Below, piece by piece: positions 1 to 17,483 of a stretch of DNA of 64,000 bases. The translations under genes were made by a program, and so were the position numbers. Position 1 is the stretch's first letter, and each line of letters begins with the position of its first letter. Origin of the DNA: the human T2T-CHM13v2.0 reference genome, Homo sapiens; NCBI RefSeq assembly GCF_009914755.1, contig NC_060925.1. One strand, written 5' to 3'. The notes under the pieces are model-generated. The model worked only from the letters and a program-made list of their open reading frames with translations, had not been told where the DNA came from and did no database searches.

Positions 1-490
1 GCACAGGTATGTTCATTGCAGCATTATTCGCAACAGCAAAGACATGGAATCAACCTGAATGTCCATCAATGATAGGCTAGACACAGAAAATGTGGTACAT
101 ATACACCATGGAATACTATGCAGCCATAAAAAGGAACAAGATCATGTCATTTGCAGGGACGTGGATGGAGCTGGAGGCCATTATCCTTAGCAAACTAACA
201 CAGGAAGAGAAAACCAAATATGACATGTTCTTACATATAAGTGGGAGCTAAATGATGAGAACGCATGGACACATGGCAGAGAACAACACACACTGGAGCC
301 TACTGGAGGGCATTGCGGGGGCGACAGGGGAGAGGATCAGGAAGAATAGTTAATGGATGCTGGGCTTAATAATTGGGTGATGGGATGATCTGTGCAGCAA
401 ACCATCATGGCACATGTTTACCTATGTTACAAACCTGCACATCCTGCACGTGTACTCCTAACCTTAAAATAAAAGTTGGAAATAAAAATA
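1..490 (+). mobile_element. L1 3' end (L1PA15/16-like), runs off the left edge of the window
   Basis: ORF2 C-terminal sequence (atgttcattgcagca..., ggaatactatgcagccataaaaagg) and older L1PA 3'UTR ending AATAAAAGTTGGAAATAAAAATA. Confidence 0.9.
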
Positions 491-524
491 AGAATATAGC
501 AAGCAGTTATTTTGGTATTTTACA

Positions 525-3260
525 GTTAATTTATTTAATATCTACATATGTTGAACATCTACCAAGTGCCAGTATTGGGTATAAAAGGCAGACCCTAACC
601 TCATGGAGCTTACAGGCTAGTAAGTGATTCAGACAAATGAATGGGTAAGTATTATGTACTCAGATAAGTACCAGGCGTTTGATAAATGATGTGTTACTGT
701 GTACAAATGACAGCTGATCTTAGGTCGTGTCTTCATCTAAGATAGTAACCATCTCATATGATTGCTGTGAGGATTAAATAAGGTTATGAATTTCAACCCT
801 TTTTACATTGTGTAGAAAGTAGCAAGCCCTCAATGTGTAAGTAGTCACAGATGTAGACAGTGGCTAATGTAGCACAGGATGTTGTGAGAGTACATAGAAG
901 GGTTGCATTGGTCAACCTGAGAGCAGAGCCTCTGAAAAGTCCTCTTTGAGAAGGTGGCTGCTAATGTAAGACCTAAATGATGACTGGGAAACAGCCAGGA
1001 GCGAGCGGAGAAGATTCCCTCCAGAGAAAGTGGTGGTATAAGGGTGCAGAAGTGAGAGACAATTGACAGTAGTTCAGTCTGGCTGAACAGCAGAATTCCA
1101 GCAGGGGAGTGTTAAGAGATGAGGCTGGGTAGATGAAGTATGCTAATTAACTAGCACTGGGGACATGTGCTGATTTCCATGGCATGAATTTCAGCTACCA
1201 ACAATTTAACAATTGGGTCACAAAATTCCTCCTCTTAAAAATCACCTCTGTGGCAGGTGCAAGTGACCTCCAAGATACCCTAGTTACTGGGTTAAGAATT
1301 TGGATTGACTCTAGGGCAATGGATAGTCATTAACATGCTTTTAGCCAGGGAGACAGGGAATCCAATCAGTTTTGGAAGGATCACCCGGGCTTTAGTGAGG
1401 AGGAGACAGGGCAAGTCTGGAGACAGTAATCTAGGCCAGAAATTAAAATAAACTTAGTGAAGGTAGTGGCAGTTTTTGGAGAAGAAATTCGACTTAGAAG
1501 ATATTAGAGCCAATAGATGATTTGTAAGATGTGGAGACTTAGGTAGGGGGCACATCCAGGAAGTGAGTCTGGATTTCAAACTTGGGCAACAGGGTGAATG
1601 CTGGCACCATTCTCTAAGAGCAGGAACTCAGATAGTAGGAAATGTTTGGAAGGAGGCACACTAATTTACACATTTGAACTTACTGAGTTTAGTGCCTCAT
1701 CCAAATGCTGATCTCCAAGAGGCAGCTGGCTGGATAGATACAGAGATTTGAAAACCAACTGCATATGGATGGTAAGCCTGAGATCACAGGAAGAACCTAG
1801 AAGAGAAACCTAAGTACACCCCTGTTTAAGGGATTTTGCCAACAAAAGGAGCATAAAAAGGAGGAAGAGGAGTGGCTGCATTGCTGGGTTGAGAAACAGA
1901 AGAGATGGTGGCATGGAGCTAGTCTTCTAGCTCTAGTGAGCCTTTTAAGGAGGGAATAATTGGTGACACTAAACACCTATGACAAGTGAATGAAGACTAA
2001 AAAGTGACTATGGATTCAAGTAGGAGGTTGCAAGTCATGCCCTTGGTAAGACTAGATTTATTGAATTCCAATTGCAGGAGGTCAATTGGAAGTTGGGTTA
2101 TAAACATAAAGTGACAAAGTGGTGAAATAAATGTAGGAGACTCAAAAAGTACAGCTGGCTGGTCCAGGGAAGGAAAGACAATAGGGTGTTGAGTGCAGAA
2201 GACACTGGGAACTAGGAAGAGCATATTGTTTGTGTGTTAGGTTCATGTGGAAAGGGAGAGATGTCTTAAAATGCTGAATTACTTAACAAATGCTTACATA
2301 ATACCTGCGAATGGGCTGGCACTGTTCTAAATGCTTTACACATGTTCACTGATTTAATCCTCATAAAGAGAGATATTCTTATTGTCTCCATTTTACAGAT
2401 AAAAAAAGTACCATATAGCCATGCAGCTAGGAAAGAGTGGTGTCAGCATCTGTCTCTAGGCTACCTGGCTCCAGAGTCTGTGCTGTTAACCATTACCCAC
2501 TGGGTCCACTCATGTTGTTCTGCCAACTATGCTGATGGGAAGGGGTCATCCATGGAGAAGAGGATGAAGGTACAAGAGGGGGAGAAAAAACAGTAGGATA
2601 AGTGGTGGGAGGGGAATAAGATCAAGAGAACAAGTGGAGATGTTAACCCTAGACAGGGAGGAATATTGAAATGGGAGGAAAAGAGGATTGAAAGAAAAGG
2701 TAAATGTGTAAGTTTAGTGGCAAGAAATAGAAAAAATTTCACAAGTGGTAAGGGAGAAATGGCCTGGAAGCAGAAGTAGGGAGTAAAGAAGATCATGACC
2801 TAACCTTTTGATCCAAAGGTTTTATATGGAATGTGGGGAAAAGAGCAGCTTTCACTTGAGACATGGCTGCTGAGTGTTTCTGGGGGAGCCAGGTTTCAAT
2901 CAAGTCAAGGAGGGAAGGCTCAATGAAGAGGTCCAGGCTGTAGGGGGCTGGATCATGGGATGAGAGTTACAGAGGGCTCAGAGTGAAGATCTGGAAGGGA
3001 GGAGAGGAATGGGGATTGGGTTGAGAAGGAAGAGAACGGGATACCAGTTGGGCTTAGGTCTTGGGTGGGGATCAAGGATAACAAGGTTTTTTCTACTGTG
3101 TTTGGAGAGTTTCCCTGGCTGAGAGTACACCAAGAAGTTGATCTCCTGGTTGGGGGAGTAGGTAAGTAAGTGGGTGAGAAGAGAAGAGAAGGAAGTGGTG
3201 GGAGGCAGAGATGGTTCAGTAGTCAGGGACTCCTGGAGGGGTTGCACTTCCAAATGAGCC
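525..3260 (-). mobile_element. Degraded L2 LINE, interrupted by MIR pieces (~720-840, ~2290-2500)
   Basis: Purine-rich antisense L2-type motifs (gaaggatcac, ggcaccattctctaag..ggaa, tgagtttagtgcct..atccaaatg, ggaggttgcaagtca); boundaries approximate. Confidence 0.65.
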
Positions 3261-3400
3261 ATCAGTCTGCAAAATGGGAAGCTTTCAGCCTCTGACAGCA
3301 GTCACTGTGTTCTGGATCCATCTGTGAAAGCTCTTGGGAAAGGCTTGTAGGAAGGTTTATAATTCTTTGTGTGCTGAGAAAAGTTTTTCCCCTCTGGCGT

Positions 3401-3495
3401 TCTTGGTCTCAATTGTGACAAGTCTTATAACATTATCTACCAATAGTATATTTCAATGGAGTAGGATGGCCATATTGTCACAATTGAGACCAAGA
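3401..3495. repeat. Perfect 21-bp inverted repeat with 53-nt spacer
   Basis: TCTTGGTCTCAATTGTGACAA (3401-3421) and its exact reverse complement TTGTCACAATTGAGACCAAGA (3475-3495). Confidence 0.95.
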
Positions 3496-3599
3496 CAAAG
3501 TTACAAGTGTTCAGGCAGCTGGTCATCTGGCTCCAGAGGGTCACTCTCAACCACACCACTATACTGCGCCCCACATATCTGCAGCACACATCAGAAAAA

Positions 3600-4090
3600 A
3601 GAAAAATTGCCTTGTTATTAGAGAGATATTACAAAAAAGGAAAAAAATCCCCCAAAAATCCATCCCTAAAGAGAAATGAGCAAAAGACCCAAATGGGCAA
3701 TTAACAGAAAAAGAAATGTCAATGACCAATAAACATATGAAAAAAAGACTGAACCTCACTTAGAATTAATGAAATACTTCTTCACCTATTATATTTGCAA
3801 AGATGTAAATAAAGTTAATACTACAGACTGTTATCTACTTCTGATGGAATGCTAAACAGCCATTAAAAGTATGAAGTAGAACTACATATTCTGCCGTGGA
3901 AAATCTCATTATATTGTAAAGAAGAAAAAACTCAAGGTACAGAATAATATACTTTGTAAAATACTATTTACAAAAAGTATAGGCTCTGTATATGCATAAG
4001 TGAGCTTGTAAATGGTCAGAAAATTTGGGGAAGAATATAGAAGAAATCATTATCATATCTAACTGGAGAGTGGGATAGGGAGTCTAAGGG
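3600..4090 (+). mobile_element. Ancient L1M (L1ME-like) 3' fragment
   Basis: gggcaattaacagaaaaagaaat..aatgaccaataaacatatgaaaaaa..aacctcact, typical of old L1 ORF2 end/3'UTR. Confidence 0.6.
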
Positions 4091-6649
4091 AATACAGACC
4101 ATGAGGAGGAATGGTAACTCTTTTATAATGTTTTATAATGGAAAATTACAAGCATACACAAGATGGAAAGATTGATATATTGACCTTTCTCCCATTTACT
4201 TATCACTTAAGTTCAACAGTAACTCATATTACTTGATTATGCTATCCTTTTGTTCTGTTTGAAAAAACATTTACCACTTACATGTCTTGCTTTTATACCT
4301 AAAAAAACCCGACATAATGAAAGTAACATTTCCCCATGCCCTTGCAACCACAGTTTGCTAGCTTAACCTTTAGTGCACGCAAGAAAGCTTCGGGGATGAG
4401 GGGTCTGGAGAGTGTTAGCCACTTTGCTCTTGAACTCATGTCACCTCTGTAGCCAGAGGGACAGCGAACCTTATCCAGCTACAATCAACGATACTTTATT
4501 TAAAGAGTAACTTCAAAGGAAGATTGCCCACTCTGTAAGGGAGAGTTTAATATGCTTACCACTCACACCCACACCCCCTAGTCCATGTTTTTATAAAGGG
4601 ACAACTTGATTTATCCTGCAGGAATGTTTTTATCTCTGTATTAAGGTTTACTCCATTTCCCAGCAGAGCCCAAAGCTAAGAAAACAGTGCCTTCCTCCGC
4701 TTCAAACCGATGAGTCTTGGGCAGCTGCAGTTGTTGCCAAATGTGACCCTTGGTCACAGAGGCATGACGGATGCCTCATGCTAGAAGTTCAGGGGAGTTT
4801 GGAAAAATATGGAAATTCCCAGGCACTATTTGGGGGCACAGTGCCAAAGTCTGAGGACTGAAAATGAGAATACCTGCCTCCCAGATGCATTCATTGATTT
4901 ACTCACCCATCATTCATTCCAATATCGTACCCTTGGCCAGGCTTTGTGCTAGAGTCAGGATTACCAAGTTGAGCAGCTCACGGCCCCTGACCTTCTGGAG
5001 CTTATGAAATCTGTAATGAAGCTTAGTAGTTTGCTTTGCTTTTCTTCCTCTGCCAGAATTGTTCTTTCCTATCTTGTCCACCTAGTCTTACTCATCCTTC
5101 AGAATTTAGCTCATGAGGCACCATCTCCTATGAAAGACATTTACAATTTACTGTTTCCTCTGCTTAAGAACACCTCTTCTGTCTTGTCCACCTGTGATTA
5201 CTCACCCTGCAAAGCCAGTCTTCATCCCTATAGCCCTGCCTGACCCCTCAGATCCAAGTTAGTTACTGTGCTTAGCAGATTGCATTACTTACTCTGACAT
5301 GCTTGCCTCCCTTTAAAGCCCAGCCTTTGGTTCACCATTTCCCATGCAGCATGTGGCACATATTTATATTTGTTGAGTTAATGTGTAAAGTAGTGTAACA
5401 GCATAATTTCTCTCGATTTTGTGCCACTTAGACTCTCGCAAGTGCCTCCAAAGATAATCTCTTTGGCCATTAGCCCTTCCACAGCTGCTCCTCCTTCTTT
5501 CTGTATTCTACAAAAGCATGGATCATTTTATTTCAGGCTCTAAATAACAAGAGCAGATGAATGTCTCAGTCCCAGCGCTAAGCAGCTAAAATTTATTGCT
5601 TGTCCTTTTGAATAGATATTGGTATTAATTTTTAAACCCTTGGTTGATCCCTTCCACTTCAAATATTTTAAGTATAAGAAGAATTAGAACTTACAACTAT
5701 GAAGATGATATCAATATCCTGCTGCAAAGTCTGGGTGGCATGAAGGTCATTGGAAGGCTTTTGTGTAACTGCAGAACTTTAAAAACAGCTGACTAACATA
5801 CCGGGCAAAAAATCATATCATAATGAATAAACATTAGACAAGAACCAGGGGACCTGGCTTCTACTTCCTTTTGAGGCCTTCATTTTTGCAACAACAAAAA
5901 AGGAATAAATTAATGTTTGAGTGATTTTGTGATTTCTAAGGTCCCTCTTGGCTTTAAGCTTCTATGAGTCTATAATCCAGGAAGCAAATATTTTCTGTAA
6001 ATTGAAACGAAATTAATTCTCTTATCCCGTCTCATCTTCTCTCATCAGCCAAAGGAGAATCTTTCCTATAAATAGTCATTAAAACATTGGGGAATGTTGT
6101 AACATTTTTCTTTGTGTTAGTAATCCTTTCTGTGAATTGAGACACTTACAGGTAACAAGCAAGGAAAAAAAGTTCCCATTGGGAAATTGACTTCAAAAGA
6201 AAATTCCAACATCCATTGTTTCTCTTGATATCTTTTTGGCAAAGATATCTTAATTCTCACTGCCATTGCAAATTTTGAATTTAATCCAATGGGTGAGGAG
6301 ACTCCATCCTTATTTACAATTCCCCTGCTGATGGCTCCCATATGGGTGGGAGACCAGGCTCCCTGGAGCCAGCCTTGGCACCTGAGTCTCTGGATGTGGC
6401 AATCCAAAAGGCTCCTGTCACCTTTCCTGTCGGTATTATTTCCTTCTCCAGCTACAGGACTGCCACAGGACTTCTCCATAGTACAGCTTGTTTAATATGC
6501 AGTTCAAATTTCCATTTAACATCAATGATTCTGCAAAAAGAAATCAAGTAATTTTGTTTGATAATTATCCTCCCAATTCAAATTTCCATCAAATAACAAA
6601 GGCAGAGAGGTAAGAAGTGGCTCCAACCAAAAGAAAATTAGAATAGTAA

Positions 6650-6870
6650 CTGCTAATAATTATCATGTGCTTACTCTATGCTAAGTTTTATCTCATTTAT
6701 TCCTCACGTAACAGGAGGTATTATTATGCGCCCCATTTTATAGAAGAAGTAATTGAGGTTTACGGAAGTTAGTATCTAGTCTAAGATTTCACATTCTACC
6801 AAACTGAAATTCAGATGTGGAATATCTGACTCCACAGTCTACACATAGAATCCCTCTGCAATCCTGCTTC
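6650..6870 (-). mobile_element. MIR SINE
   Basis: ggtattattatgcgccccattttatagaagaagtaattgagg matches the MIR core. Confidence 0.7.
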
Positions 6871-7212
6871 TCAAGAATTGTATATGTATGCTATTAGAAT
6901 GGGAGATATATAAGGTCTTTAATGGATTCCAAAATGGTAATAGAAGCTAATTGTTGGCTTTTCTCCTGAGTTATCCACAAAAGAAGTTTTGGATAATACA
7001 GCAATCTAGCTCTTTACGAAATAAAGGAAAAGCTTAAGAAATATCCACTGAGTAAGATTTCAGGAGCGATTAATGAGTTGTATTCGTTAGGGTAAATGAC
7101 ATCAGCTGCTATAACAAGTGCACTCATATCTCAGTGGCTTAGCACAACAAACATCTATTTCTCACAGTTCATTGTGGTCAGTTGGTGGGCTCTGCTCTAA
7201 CATCATTCAAGA

Positions 7213-7392
7213 CAGGGTTGGGACTAGTATGACATAAGTCAGGCAAAATTTTAGGGGGTGCCAAAGATCTTAGTGATCAAGACAAATAATATTTTAATAC
7301 AATATTTTGAGACTCAAAGTTAATGCAAAAAATCCATACTGAACAAAGTGTCTAAATTTTAAATAAAGACAAGATCCAGCAGGGCTGGATTA
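7213..7392. mobile_element. Probable hAT-type MITE (family not determined)
   Basis: cagggttgggacta start, caaaattttagggggtgccaaa, AT-rich interior; resembles hAT-Tip100 non-autonomous elements. Confidence 0.4.
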
Positions 7393-8079
7393 ACAGGGAG
7401 GTGAGACTGAGTTGTGTTGGCTAATTACAGACTAATTTAAAAAATCTAACTAAAAGTAGAATGACCTGTACTCAGAAAATGTGTAAAACAAAAGCATGGA
7501 TTATTGTCCTCTCCCACCATGCCTGGACGCATGGTAAAGGGGAAGAAAAGGAGGGTTCCTAGACCAGCAGGGGAGCAAATGTTACATTTTCCCATCATTC
7601 CAAGAGATGGAGCACAAGGATGTAGGGACTGAATTAGCTTTGCTTTGGCAACCATGGGATTCTAAAGGAACTGGGTTTGCTCATTCAGACACAGAGAAAC
7701 AGTTATTCCATTAGCAGTCCTAGGTCAGCAGCTGCCCTGGAAAAATAACCACAAACAGTCTTTTGTTTAAGGGGCTACCTGAGATAGTTGTTCTCATGGA
7801 AGTCAGCCAGACTGCTTGTGTATGAGGTATCTTGTAACTATTTTAAATTATATTGCCCAAAACCAACTGTTATCTTACATTTCAAATCATATTTATACCT
7901 AATTATAAACTCTCACGTTACAGATGAGTTGCATCAAGCTACTTTTAATACAAGACCAACAGACTTCAATTAATTTAAACCATTGTCTTGTGGTCATAGA
8001 GATAAAACTTTATTATATAGTGGCAGGTGCAGATGAGCTCTGGACTCAAGAGAGAATCGTCCTGGGCACCCTATCAGTA

Positions 8080-8370
8080 CACATTTACTTAGACAGGTCT
8101 TGCCTGACAATATCGACTAAAGTAACACCCACCAGTCACTACCACATATTTTTATTTTTTTATATTTTTATTTTCTTCGTGGCACGTATTCACATTCTGA
8201 CATTTTCTTATTTGTTCACTTGTTTATTGTCTGTTCCTCACCCCAAACCCATTGCATTGTAAATACCATGAAATCAGAGACCTTGTCTTTCTTGTTTGCC
8301 CCAGTACACAGAACAGTGCCTGGCACACAGAAGGTGCTCAAAAAATGTTGGAATGAATACATAAATAAGT
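8080..8370 (+). mobile_element. L2 3' end
   Basis: agaacagtgcctggcacacagaaggtgctcaaaaaatgttggaatgaat is the canonical L2 terminus. Confidence 0.8.
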
Positions 8371-9557
8371 TGAAGTCAATTTATTGGTTCCATGTGGACT
8401 ATTCTTTCTTCACAAAATTTCTGAAGTGATTAGCACATTAATACCCTCAGTTGATAGCTGTGTTTGTTGTTATTGTGAGGGGTTACAAAATATCCCTGGA
8501 CCAGTGAGTAGTAAGGAGGAATAATTACAGTACCATGTTCAGGCTTTAGATACAAGAAATACTTTTTTATCCAATAAGGGAAACCCAATTTAGATTATTC
8601 CACTGTAATAAGTTACATATATATAACTCCAGGTCAATAAACCTCATGTTTCAAAATGACCACATTTTCTAGGCCTTTCTATGATTCTTGATAGACAATG
8701 GACATGAAAAGGGTTCTGGAAAAGTGGCCCTGTGGTGGCAGCTTTTGTAGATGTTAAACATTCAACATTAATGACTCATTTCATACACAAAAACACACAC
8801 AGGATAGATAGATAGAGTGATAGACATATACATGTATAGATATATGGGTATAGGTATAGACAGATAGATCTGTGTAAGTTTCCTGACAATAACTAGAATG
8901 AACTAGCACATCATAACTCAACAGATGGCATTAACATTCACAACAGAATTCTTGTCCATCAGTTACTACATCATCAAGCAGCACTTATCAACTAAAGGCT
9001 TAGAGTAATTTATGATCCAAGGCCAAGTAACTGCCACTGATTCAACATTTTATGAGCTATATTAAAATTCGTGCATTTTATCAAACCGGGTATACTTTGA
9101 GATATTGGGTCATATTACTCTCTCTAGTAACAATACTCATCACACGATATAATCAATTACAAGAATCCACAATAAAATCATGCTGTACCTATTCAGAGCC
9201 AACTCTGCATTTTAACATTCTCCATATTTTAATATTGTAGCATTATATACATTTTAACATTGCTAGTATTGATGTCTTATAATCAACATCTTATGAATAT
9301 TTCTTTTTTAAAATTATTTTATTTTATTTTATTTTTATTTATTTATTTTTTTGTTATACTTTAAGTTTTAGGGTACATGTGCGCAATGTGCAGGTTTGTT
9401 ACATATGTATACATGTGCCATGTTGGTGTGCTGCACCCATTGACTCGTCATTTAACATGAAGTATATCTCCTAATGCTAACCCTCCCCCCTCCCCCCACC
9501 CCACAACAGGACCTGGTGTGTGATGTTCCCCTTCCTGTGTCCATGTGTTCTCATTGT

Positions 9558-13381
<3,824 letters not shown>

Positions 13382-13444
13382 TATGATGTTAGCTGGTTAT
13401 TTTGCTCATTAGTTGATGCAGTTTCTTCCTAGCCTCGATGGCCT

Positions 13445-14460
13445 TTACAATTTGGCATGTTTTTGCAGTGGCTGGTAGCGGTTTTTCCTTTCCATATTTA
13501 GTGCTTCCTTCAGGAGCTCTTTTCAGGCAGGCCTGGTGGTGACAAAATCTCTCAGCATTTGCTTGTCTGTAAAGGATTTTATTTCTCCTTCACTTATGAA
13601 GCTTAGTTTGGCTGGAAATGAAATTCTGGGTTGAAAATTCTTTTCTTTAAGAATGTTGAATATTGGCCCCCACTCTCTTCTGGCTTGCAGAGTTTTTGCC
13701 AAGAGATCTGCTGTTAGTCTGATGGGCTTCCCTTTGTGGGTAGCCAGACCTTTCTCTCTGGCTGCCCTTAACATTTTTCCTTCATTTCAACTTTGGTGAA
13801 TCTGACAATTATGTGTCTTGGAGTTGCTCTTCTCAAGGAGTATCTTTGTGGCATTCTCTGTATTTCCTGAATTTGAATGTTGGCCTGCCTTGCTAGACTG
13901 GGGAAGTTCTCCTGGATAATATCCTGCAGAGTGTTTTCCAATTTGGTTCCATTCTCCCCGTCACTTTCAGGTACACCAATCAGACGTAGATTTGGTCTTT
14001 TCACATAGTCCTATATTTCTTGGAGGCTTTGTTCATTTCTTTTCATTCTTTTTTCTCTAACCTTCCCTTCTTGCTTCATTTCATTCATTTGATCTTCCAT
14101 CACTGATACCCTTTATTGCAGTTGATCGAATCGACTACTGAGGCTTGTGCATTTGTCACGTAGTTCTCATGCCATGGTTTTCAGCTCCATCAGGTCCTTT
14201 AAGGACTTCTCTGCATTTGTTATTCTAGTTTGCCATTCGTCTAATTTTTTTGCAAGGTTTTTATCTTCTTTGCCTTGGGTTTGAACTTCCTCCTTTAGCT
14301 CGGAGTAGCTTGATCATCTGAAGCCTTCTTCTCTCAACTCGTCAAAATCATTCTCCGTCCAGCTTTGTTCTGTTGCTGGTGAGGAGCTGCATTCCTTTGG
14401 AGGAGGAGAGGTGCTCTGATTTTTAGAGTTTCCAGTTTTTCTGCTCTGTTTTTTCCCCAC
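13445..14460 (-). pseudogene. L1 ORF1p, disrupted
   Basis: KRPNLRLIGVPESDGENGTKLENTLQDIIQENF and REWGPIFNILKEKNFQPRIS fragments; start codon mutated; TGA at 13523. Confidence 0.93.
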
Positions 14461-14589
14461 CTTTGTGGTTTTATCTACCTTTGGTCTTTGATGATGGTGA
14501 CGTACAGATGAGGTTTTGGTGTGGATGTCCTTTCTGTTTGTTAGTTTTCCTTCTAACAGTCAGAACCCTCAGCTGCAGGTCTGTTGGAG

Positions 14590-14717
14590 CTTGCTGGAGG
14601 TCCACTCCATACCCTGTTTGCCTGGGTATCACCAGCGGAGGCTGCAGAACAGTGGATATTGGTGAACAGCAAATGTTGCTGCCTGATCGTTCCTCTGGAA
14701 GTTTTGTCTCAGAGGAG
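14590..14717 (-). promoter_or_regulatory. ~129-bp L1 5'UTR segment carrying the ZNF93 site (lost in later L1PA3/PA2/HS); also present at 28544-28671
   Basis: Segment between GGAG repeats (tctgttggag...cagaggagtac) is retained in both L1s; established L1 lineage marker. Confidence 0.7.
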
Positions 14718-15036
14718 TACACAGCAGTGTGAGGTGTCAGACTGCCCCCACTGGGGGGTGCCTCCCAGTTAGGCTACTTGGGGGGTCCGGGACGCACTTG
14801 AGGAGGCAGTCTGTCTGTTCTCAGATCTCCAGCTGTGTGCTGGCAGAACCACTACTCTCTTCAAAGCTGTCAGACAGGGACATTTAAGTCTGCAGTGGTT
14901 TCTGCTGCCTTTTGTTTGGCTATGCCCTGCATCCAGAGGTGGAGTCTACACAGGCCGGCAGGCCTCCTTGAGCTGCCGTGGGCTCCACCCAGTTCGAGCT
15001 TCCCAGCCTCTTTGTTTACCTACTCAAGCCTCAGCA

Positions 15037-15252
15037 AAGGCAGGCACCCCTCCCCCAGCCTTGCTGCCACCTTGCAGTTTGATTTCAGACTGCTGTGCTA
15101 GCAATGAGCGAGGCTCTGTGGGCGTAGGACCTTCTGAGCCAGTGCAGGATATAATCTCCTGGTGTGCCCTTTGCTAAGACCATTGGAAAAGCGCAGTATT
15201 AGGTTGGGAGTGAACTGATTTTCCAGGTGCCGTCTGTCACCCCTTTCTTTGA
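15037..15252 (+). pseudogene. L1 antisense ORF0 remnant (ATG>AAG, frameshifted), in the antisense promoter region
   Basis: Translation KAGTPPPALLPPCSLISDCCASNERGSVGVGPSEP matches ORF0 MAGAPPPASLPPCSLISDCCASNQRDSVGVGPSEP. Confidence 0.8.
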
Positions 15253-15589
15253 CTAGGAAAGGGAATTCCCTGACCCCTTGTGCTTCCTGGGTGAGGCGAT
15301 GCCTCACCCTGCTTTGGCTCATGCACGGTGCACTGTACCCACTGTCCTGCACCCACAGTATGACACTCCCCAGTGAGATGAACCAGGTACCTCAGTTGGA
15401 AATGCAGAAATCACCCATCTTCTGCATTGCTCATGCTTGCAGCTGTAGACTGGAGCTGTTCCTATTCGGCCATCTTGGCTCCCTTCTTTATTTTTTTAAA
15501 AGCTGTTATAAAAGTAATGTTTTCTCATCAGTTCAACTTCCTGTCAGTGTAACTTAGAATGAAGAAAGTGGTTTTTGCAAGAAGTATGA

Positions 15590-16175
15590 TAGACGGATGT
15601 ATAATTTTAATTTATTAATAACTCATACAAAATGATTTTTTTAAAGCAGCAAGACCTTGGGAGGTAAATGGGCAAAGGACGTTAATCTTCCATTCACATA
15701 ATAAAAATATAACAATCCAGTAAATGTAAATGATCTCACTAGGACTCAAAGAAGTGCAAATTAAAACAAAAAGAAAATTACATTTTTGTCTTTTACATTA
15801 GCAAAAAACAGTTTTCTTTAAATCAGGTGCTAAGCAGAGTGAGACAGAATGAGCATCCTTATCAAATGGGTACAAAATTTCTGGAAAGCAATTTGGCAGT
15901 ATACTTTAAAGTCTTTCAAATGTTTACACCCTATTTATTCTTCTAGGAATGTATAATGAGACAGCAATCAGAAACAGGTCTAGATATATTCACAAAGATG
16001 GTAAGTGGAAAAAAGTCAAGATACTAAATTTATATACTAGATTTCAGTTATGTAAAGAATTAAAAAAGATAAAATATGGCAAGATATTAATGGCTAATTT
16101 TTTTCCTGTTCTTTTACACTTGTATGTACTTTATGAATAAACATATTATTTTAATAATCAGAAAAAAATTTAGAA
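15590..16175 (+). mobile_element. Ancient L1M 3' fragment
   Basis: aaatgggcaaaggac, gaagtgcaaattaaaacaa, tttctggaaagcaatttggcagtata. Confidence 0.65.
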
Positions 16176-17379
16176 ACTGAAAGGAAAAAAATGACCATAG
16201 GCTATTTTGACAGTTTCCATTTCCTTTCCAAAGAAATAGATGAAAAATTACTTACCACAAAAATCTGCCTTCATATGAGACTTACACACTAAAAATTATG
16301 TGTGTGGGAGCTTTTATATATTTGCATAGCATGATGCACAAAATAAAATATTTCATTTTGTTAGACGTAGGAAACTTAACATTCTTAAATTTTAGTTCTT
16401 GAATTTTACATTTTGGGGAAAATTGCTTTGAAGCTTGTTATTAATTATTATCATTTGACTCTTTTTTTAAAAAACACAGCACCTCATTGGTTAAATTTGC
16501 CCTCTTAAGCATTGTCTTCCTGGATGAGGAAGTTTTCATGTCCTTGCTAAAGATGGTATTAGTCAGCTCTTTATTTATTATCTCTTGCAAATAATAGTTG
16601 GATACAGTTCACATCATATAAACATTTATTTATTCAAAAATCCAACAGAGACTATATGCTGCTATGGAACAGTTGTATAATAAAAACATTGCAAAATCTC
16701 CTTTTAACAGGACTCTTCCTCTGTCCAATGCAATAGTGCTTCAGCATGGAGCAGTTTTCTGGAGGTCTTTGATTCTTTCTCTCGACCTCTCAATCTTATC
16801 TCCAGTCTTGACATTTTATTTTCTCTTACATTTTCTTAAAACAAACAAACAAACAAAAACACAACAGGCCTTGGCTTATGGCTTTGATATCAGAAATAAA
16901 TCTAGTTAAAATTGATAGTAAGTTTATGTACTATATTTCTTATATATTTCAATAACTTCCTTATTATATTTATTGCTTGCATGTATTTACACTTTTTGTA
17001 TTTTACTTTGGTGTGCTAATATAAAGGATATTGTTCAGGAACTTAAGCATCTTGCAGGCTCGTTAGGGATGGCAGGATGTGGGAGCAGGTATATAATCAG
17101 CATTTACAGTTTAAGGTGAAGAGTGTCAACCCTTTTTTAATTTAGCATAAGTTTATTGAGTGTGTGCCTTTGGCCAGAGAGAGTTCTGGGCATTGGATAC
17201 AGTGCTGTACAAGGCATAGCCTCTGCCCCTGAATAACGTATTCAGGGTTGCTGGACTCTGAGACTGTGCAAGAGAGGTGAGCTTCCATTCACTGGCAATC
17301 CCACAAACATCTCAGATCCTTTCCCACTTATCCCCTATTCCTACTCCCAAACTCTAGCCAAATGAGCTTCTCAGTCTGT

Positions 17380-17483
17380 AGATCTGGAGTAAGAACTGGA
17401 ACTTGATTTTTTTTTCTTTTCTTTTTTTTTTTTTAAAGCTCCCCCTGGTAATTCTGATGCTCAGTCAAGTTTGGAAACTACCA
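17380..17483. mobile_element. MER5A-like hAT fragment
   Basis: ttttaaagctccccctggtaattctgatgctcagtcaagtttggaaactacc resembles the MER5A terminus. Confidence 0.55.

Noticed and set aside
6117-6551. Overlapping 68-120 aa ORFs in repeat-poor sequence
   Set aside because: No recognisable domain; lengths are compatible with chance
8800-8870. (GATA)n-like tract
   Set aside because: Ordinary degenerate simple repeat
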